Positions 61,369 to 64,000 of a stretch of 64,000 nucleotides of DNA are shown here, one piece after another; position 1 is the stretch's first letter; every line of letters begins with the position of its first letter. Below the pieces are notes generated by a model. That model had not been told where the DNA came from, ran no database searches, and saw only the letters and a program-made list of their open reading frames with translations. Source of the DNA: an uncultured Candidatus Bathyarchaeia archaeon (lineage in GTDB: Archaea > Thermoproteota > CALKCG01 > B24 > JAWCPE01); the NCBI GenBank assembly GCA_964396445.1, contig CAYNFI010000004.1:1007-65006 (forward strand), read 5' to 3'. Position numbers and translations under genes: made by a program.

Positions 61369-61899
61369 ATGGTTAATAGGGACTTCATCAATGACTTCAA
61401 CAGAGGTGTCTATAAAATGGCGTATGGAGAGTCGCATGGTAGCGGCGAAAGCATTAAGGTGGAGAAGCTGGAGCCTAGTTCAAGGGAAGTGAACGTGTCG
61501 GTGAAGGTTGTTTCCAAGACAGCCGTAAGGGATACAATATCGCGAAGCGATGGTTCAACACACCGCGTCACCGATGCCTTGGTTGGAGATGAAACCGGAT
61601 GTATCTACCTTACCCTTTGGGATGACAACATTGAGAGGGTTAAGGACGGCGATACAATTGCCATAAGGAACGGCTACATCTCGTTGTTCAGGGGCTCAAT
61701 GCGTCTAAACATCGGTCGATACGGTAGCTTTGAGCCTACGGAAGCCACTATTGGCGAAGTCAAAACGGATAATAACCTTTCTGACAAGCAGTATGAGCAG
61801 CAGCCGCGTTACCCTACCTTCCGCCCCTCCTTTAGAGACGAGGGTTACCGTGGAGGCAGTGGAGGTAGAAGAGGTTACCGACCTAGACGAAGATATTAA
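61369..61899 (+). CDS. ssb: OB-fold single-stranded DNA-binding protein (crenarchaeal SSB type) with RGG-rich tail
   Basis: ALVGDETGCIYLTLWDDN...IRNGYISLFRGSMRLNIG OB core plus a YRGGSGGRRGYRPRRRY tail. The start may be ATG 61417 or a later GTG. Confidence 0.75.
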   Translation: MVNRDFINDFNRGVYKMAYGESHGSGESIKVEKLEPSSREVNVSVKVVSKTAVRDTISRSDGSTHRVTDALVGDETGCIYLTLWDDNIERVKDGDTIAIRNGYISLFRGSMRLNIGRYGSFEPTEATIGEVKTDNNLSDKQYEQQPRYPTFRPSFRDEGYRGGSGGRRGYRPRRRY

Positions 61900-62155
61900 G
61901 GGTTTAAGCCTAGGGGGGAACCAGCGTTTTCCTTAGGGCCTTCCTACTTTTATCCAATTAGATTCCCCTAGGATATTTCCCAATTTTTTTAAGTTACAAA
62001 GCATTTCAACAAAAAACAATCCTCTGTGGCTTTCAAAAAAGGCTAGAGTGACTGCTAAATCGAAGCACATAAACCGGCGTTAGGCTTCGATGCTAAATCT
62101 ATCGGCGTGAATCCCGGTCTCAGGGTTTCCATCAGATCGCTGATGCTGACATTGT

Positions 62156-62458
62156 TCAGCCGCTTTTCACAGCTGAGGACTTGCCAATGATGATCTCTAT
62201 GGTGGAGACATTGCTCATCCGGCCATCTTGGCTGGTAAGCTGCTCAGTGCCGATGTTGATGCCCCTAACTTCCAAGTCCTTTATGAATGACCGGCGGACC
62301 ACCTCAACGGTGTCAACGGCCCTAGGTATAGCCATACCTCGAGCCTTCACCGTGACCTCGGTCATGCCTGCGTTGAATAGGGTCATACAGGCAACTACAT
62401 AGTTCATCACTGGCTTGACCCCGATGTAAACCACGTTCTCAGGTCTCGATTCAGACAT
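62156..62458 (-). CDS. albA: Alba (Sso10b) chromatin/RNA-binding protein
   Basis: [22 protein letters not shown]...[20 protein letters not shown]. Start placed at ATG 62458, because the upstream part of the called ORF is not Alba-like. Confidence 0.85.
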   Translation of the reverse strand: MSESRPENVVYIGVKPVMNYVVACMTLFNAGMTEVTVKARGMAIPRAVDTVEVVRRSFIKDLEVRGINIGTEQLTSQDGRMSNVSTIEIIIGKSSAVKSG

Positions 62459-62797
62459 TGGGTTGCACCTCCTAAACGACTTCCAGACCTCTACGTCCTT
62501 CACTATCCTCTTTAGAGGTGTAAGATAATCACAGCTGAAACTTATATAGGTTTCCATCCATTGTATGGAATAGAGAAAGCGTGGCATGCAACAAACATCT
62601 TCTGCGAAACTGAATGTCCAGCTGTCATATACAGCCTTTTAACGGTCACAGTCTATTCATCGGCATTAAATGGTTCCATCGGATGATTTTCCGCTTAAGC
62701 TTCTTCCACAATCAAGATGACTTATAACCTAAGGTTCCACACACTTGCAGTGCAGGGTTGAGGTCATATATTTTTATCGAGGGGTGTTAATGAATCG

Positions 62798-63688
62798 ATG
62801 ATACGCCGACTAGGCTTTGAGGGTTTACAGATGACTGTAATCGACGATATGGAAGCCACGATTGAGCGCCTTAACTCCGAATTGTCTCCTCTTAGGGGTA
62901 AGCACCTTGAATTGACAAATGAAGCTAAGCGGCTTAGAGAAGAAAGAGATCGGCTGAACCTTGAACATCGCAGCCTCGTAGCTGAGTTAAAGAAGCTGAG
63001 AGCGAGAGTTAAGGAGGTTAACCAAGGTATCAGCGATCTGAGCGAGAAAATTACTCAGAAGAAGGAGAAGGTTAATGAAACCCTTAAAGTGCTTACGGGG
63101 CTCAGAGATGAGATTAACCTCGTAAGGAAACAGGTTAAAACCCCGTTTAACGCTGTAAGACAGGAGATGGATGATATAGAATGGGAGCTTCAGACATCCC
63201 CAACCGAGATGCAGAAGGAAAGGCGGCTTATGAAGAGGTTGAAGGCACTCTCTGTTGAGCGTGGTATCTATGAGAGGGCTGAAGACCTCAGGAAACGAAT
63301 GGTTGAAACCAAGGTCGAGATTGAAAGTTTTAGGCTCTCAATGCGGGAAAACTGGGGAAGCCTTAGGAAGCTCCTTGAGGAAAGGAAACTCCTCCGTCAT
63401 AGAGTATCCGCTGTTGAGACTCGCGCTTCAACAGTTAAGGATAAAGCCGATGATCTTCACAGTCGATATATCAAGAAAAGGGAGGAAGTTAATGCATTAA
63501 CGCGACAGATGGGTTGTTTAACCTTAGAAGTACTGGCTTTACGGGAGAAGATAGCTGAAAGGGAAGAGGTTATCAGAAAAGGTAAAATAAAGGATTTAGC
63601 TTACGATATACGTGAAAGGATGAAACGCGGGGAGAAAATAACCTTCCAAGAGCTGCAGGTGTTGTCGGAGGCGGAAGGTTCTTCCTAG
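62798..63688 (+). CDS. archaeal coiled-coil protein (COG1340-like)
   Basis: Heptad-rich K/E/R/L sequence throughout. The start may be ATG 62831. Confidence 0.55.
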   Translation: MIRRLGFEGLQMTVIDDMEATIERLNSELSPLRGKHLELTNEAKRLREERDRLNLEHRSLVAELKKLRARVKEVNQGISDLSEKITQKKEKVNETLKVLTGLRDEINLVRKQVKTPFNAVRQEMDDIEWELQTSPTEMQKERRLMKRLKALSVERGIYERAEDLRKRMVETKVEIESFRLSMRENWGSLRKLLEERKLLRHRVSAVETRASTVKDKADDLHSRYIKKREEVNALTRQMGCLTLEVLALREKIAEREEVIRKGKIKDLAYDIRERMKRGEKITFQELQVLSEAEGSS

Positions 63689-63691
63689 GTT

Positions 63692-64000
63692 ATGTGTTGG
63701 GGGATGAACGGGGAGAGGATAAGCAAGGAACCTAAAAACATCCTCATCCTATGTGTTGACAGGGACGACGACGTAGGCGTAAAAACAGGGATACCCACGC
63801 CTCTCATAGGAAGAGAGGCTGTGTACAACGCGGCTATGCAGTTGATCGTTAAGGACCCCGAAGAAGCCGATGCAAACACCATGTTTGAAAGCCTCAGGGT
63901 GCTCAACGCACTCCGCTCGATGGCTGGGGATGAACGCTACGAGGTCGCCGCTGTCGCCGGCTCCCCTTTGGGTGAAATGGAGGCGGATAGGAAGATCGCT
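63692..64000 (+). CDS. DUF373-like archaeal protein, 5' partial (runs off the window)
   Basis: Open frame from ATG 63692/63704: MNGERISKEPKNILILCVDRDDDVGVKTGIPTPLIGREAV... It is not in the ORF track because no stop falls inside the window. Confidence 0.5.
   Translation, partial: MCWGMNGERISKEPKNILILCVDRDDDVGVKTGIPTPLIGREAVYNAAMQLIVKDPEEADANTMFESLRVLNALRSMAGDERYEVAAVAGSPLGEMEADRKIA

Overview
This window looks like an archaeal chromosomal segment with TACK/Thermoproteota-like gene content. That content includes two Cdc48/VCP paralogues, Alba, a crenarchaeal-type OB-fold SSB with an RGG tail, XPD, and a GHMP-type shikimate kinase. It also includes the ADH-synthase/DHQ-synthase-II route to aromatics, pyruvoyl arginine decarboxylase, deoxyhypusine synthase, a tungsten AOR and a membrane H+-pyrophosphatase. 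I count about 55 protein genes, most in tight operons with NTGA stop/start overlaps and GGAGG-type ribosome-binding sites. By eye I found no rRNA, tRNA, CRISPR array, transposase or integrase.

Main blocks:
- 489-1395: HepT(decayed)/MNT toxin-antitoxin pair.
- 1440-3030: repeat-bounded A-rich islet carrying a DUF45 metallohydrolase.
- 3026-6166: giant glycoside-hydrolase-like gene.
- 6789-11077: MoxR ATPase / methyltransferase / VWA cluster.
- 16253-20932: glycan-utilisation cluster.
- 21108-31252: 10-gene aspartate kinase-ASD-shikimate-pheA operon.
- 39214-44358: Ca2+/cation homeostasis block (CaCA pseudogene, CaCA, P-type ATPase).
- 57616-61170: wHTH-HExxH-Cdc48 operon.

Most interesting observations:
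1. A 27-nt insertion carrying two in-frame stops lies inside a DHH/DHHA1 phosphoesterase gene. It folds into a near-perfect helix-bulge-helix-bulge-helix motif, and its removal restores catalytic motif I. It is a candidate archaeal mRNA intron.
2. A 14-codon ORF, MRMFGYFYFYYFGP, sits immediately upstream of the aromatic amino-acid operon, with its stop codon in a hairpin loop. It is a candidate leader-peptide control element.
3. Three conserved enzymes (aroE, aroC, an MBL hydrolase) have essential N-termini that can only be initiated from in-frame CTG codons.
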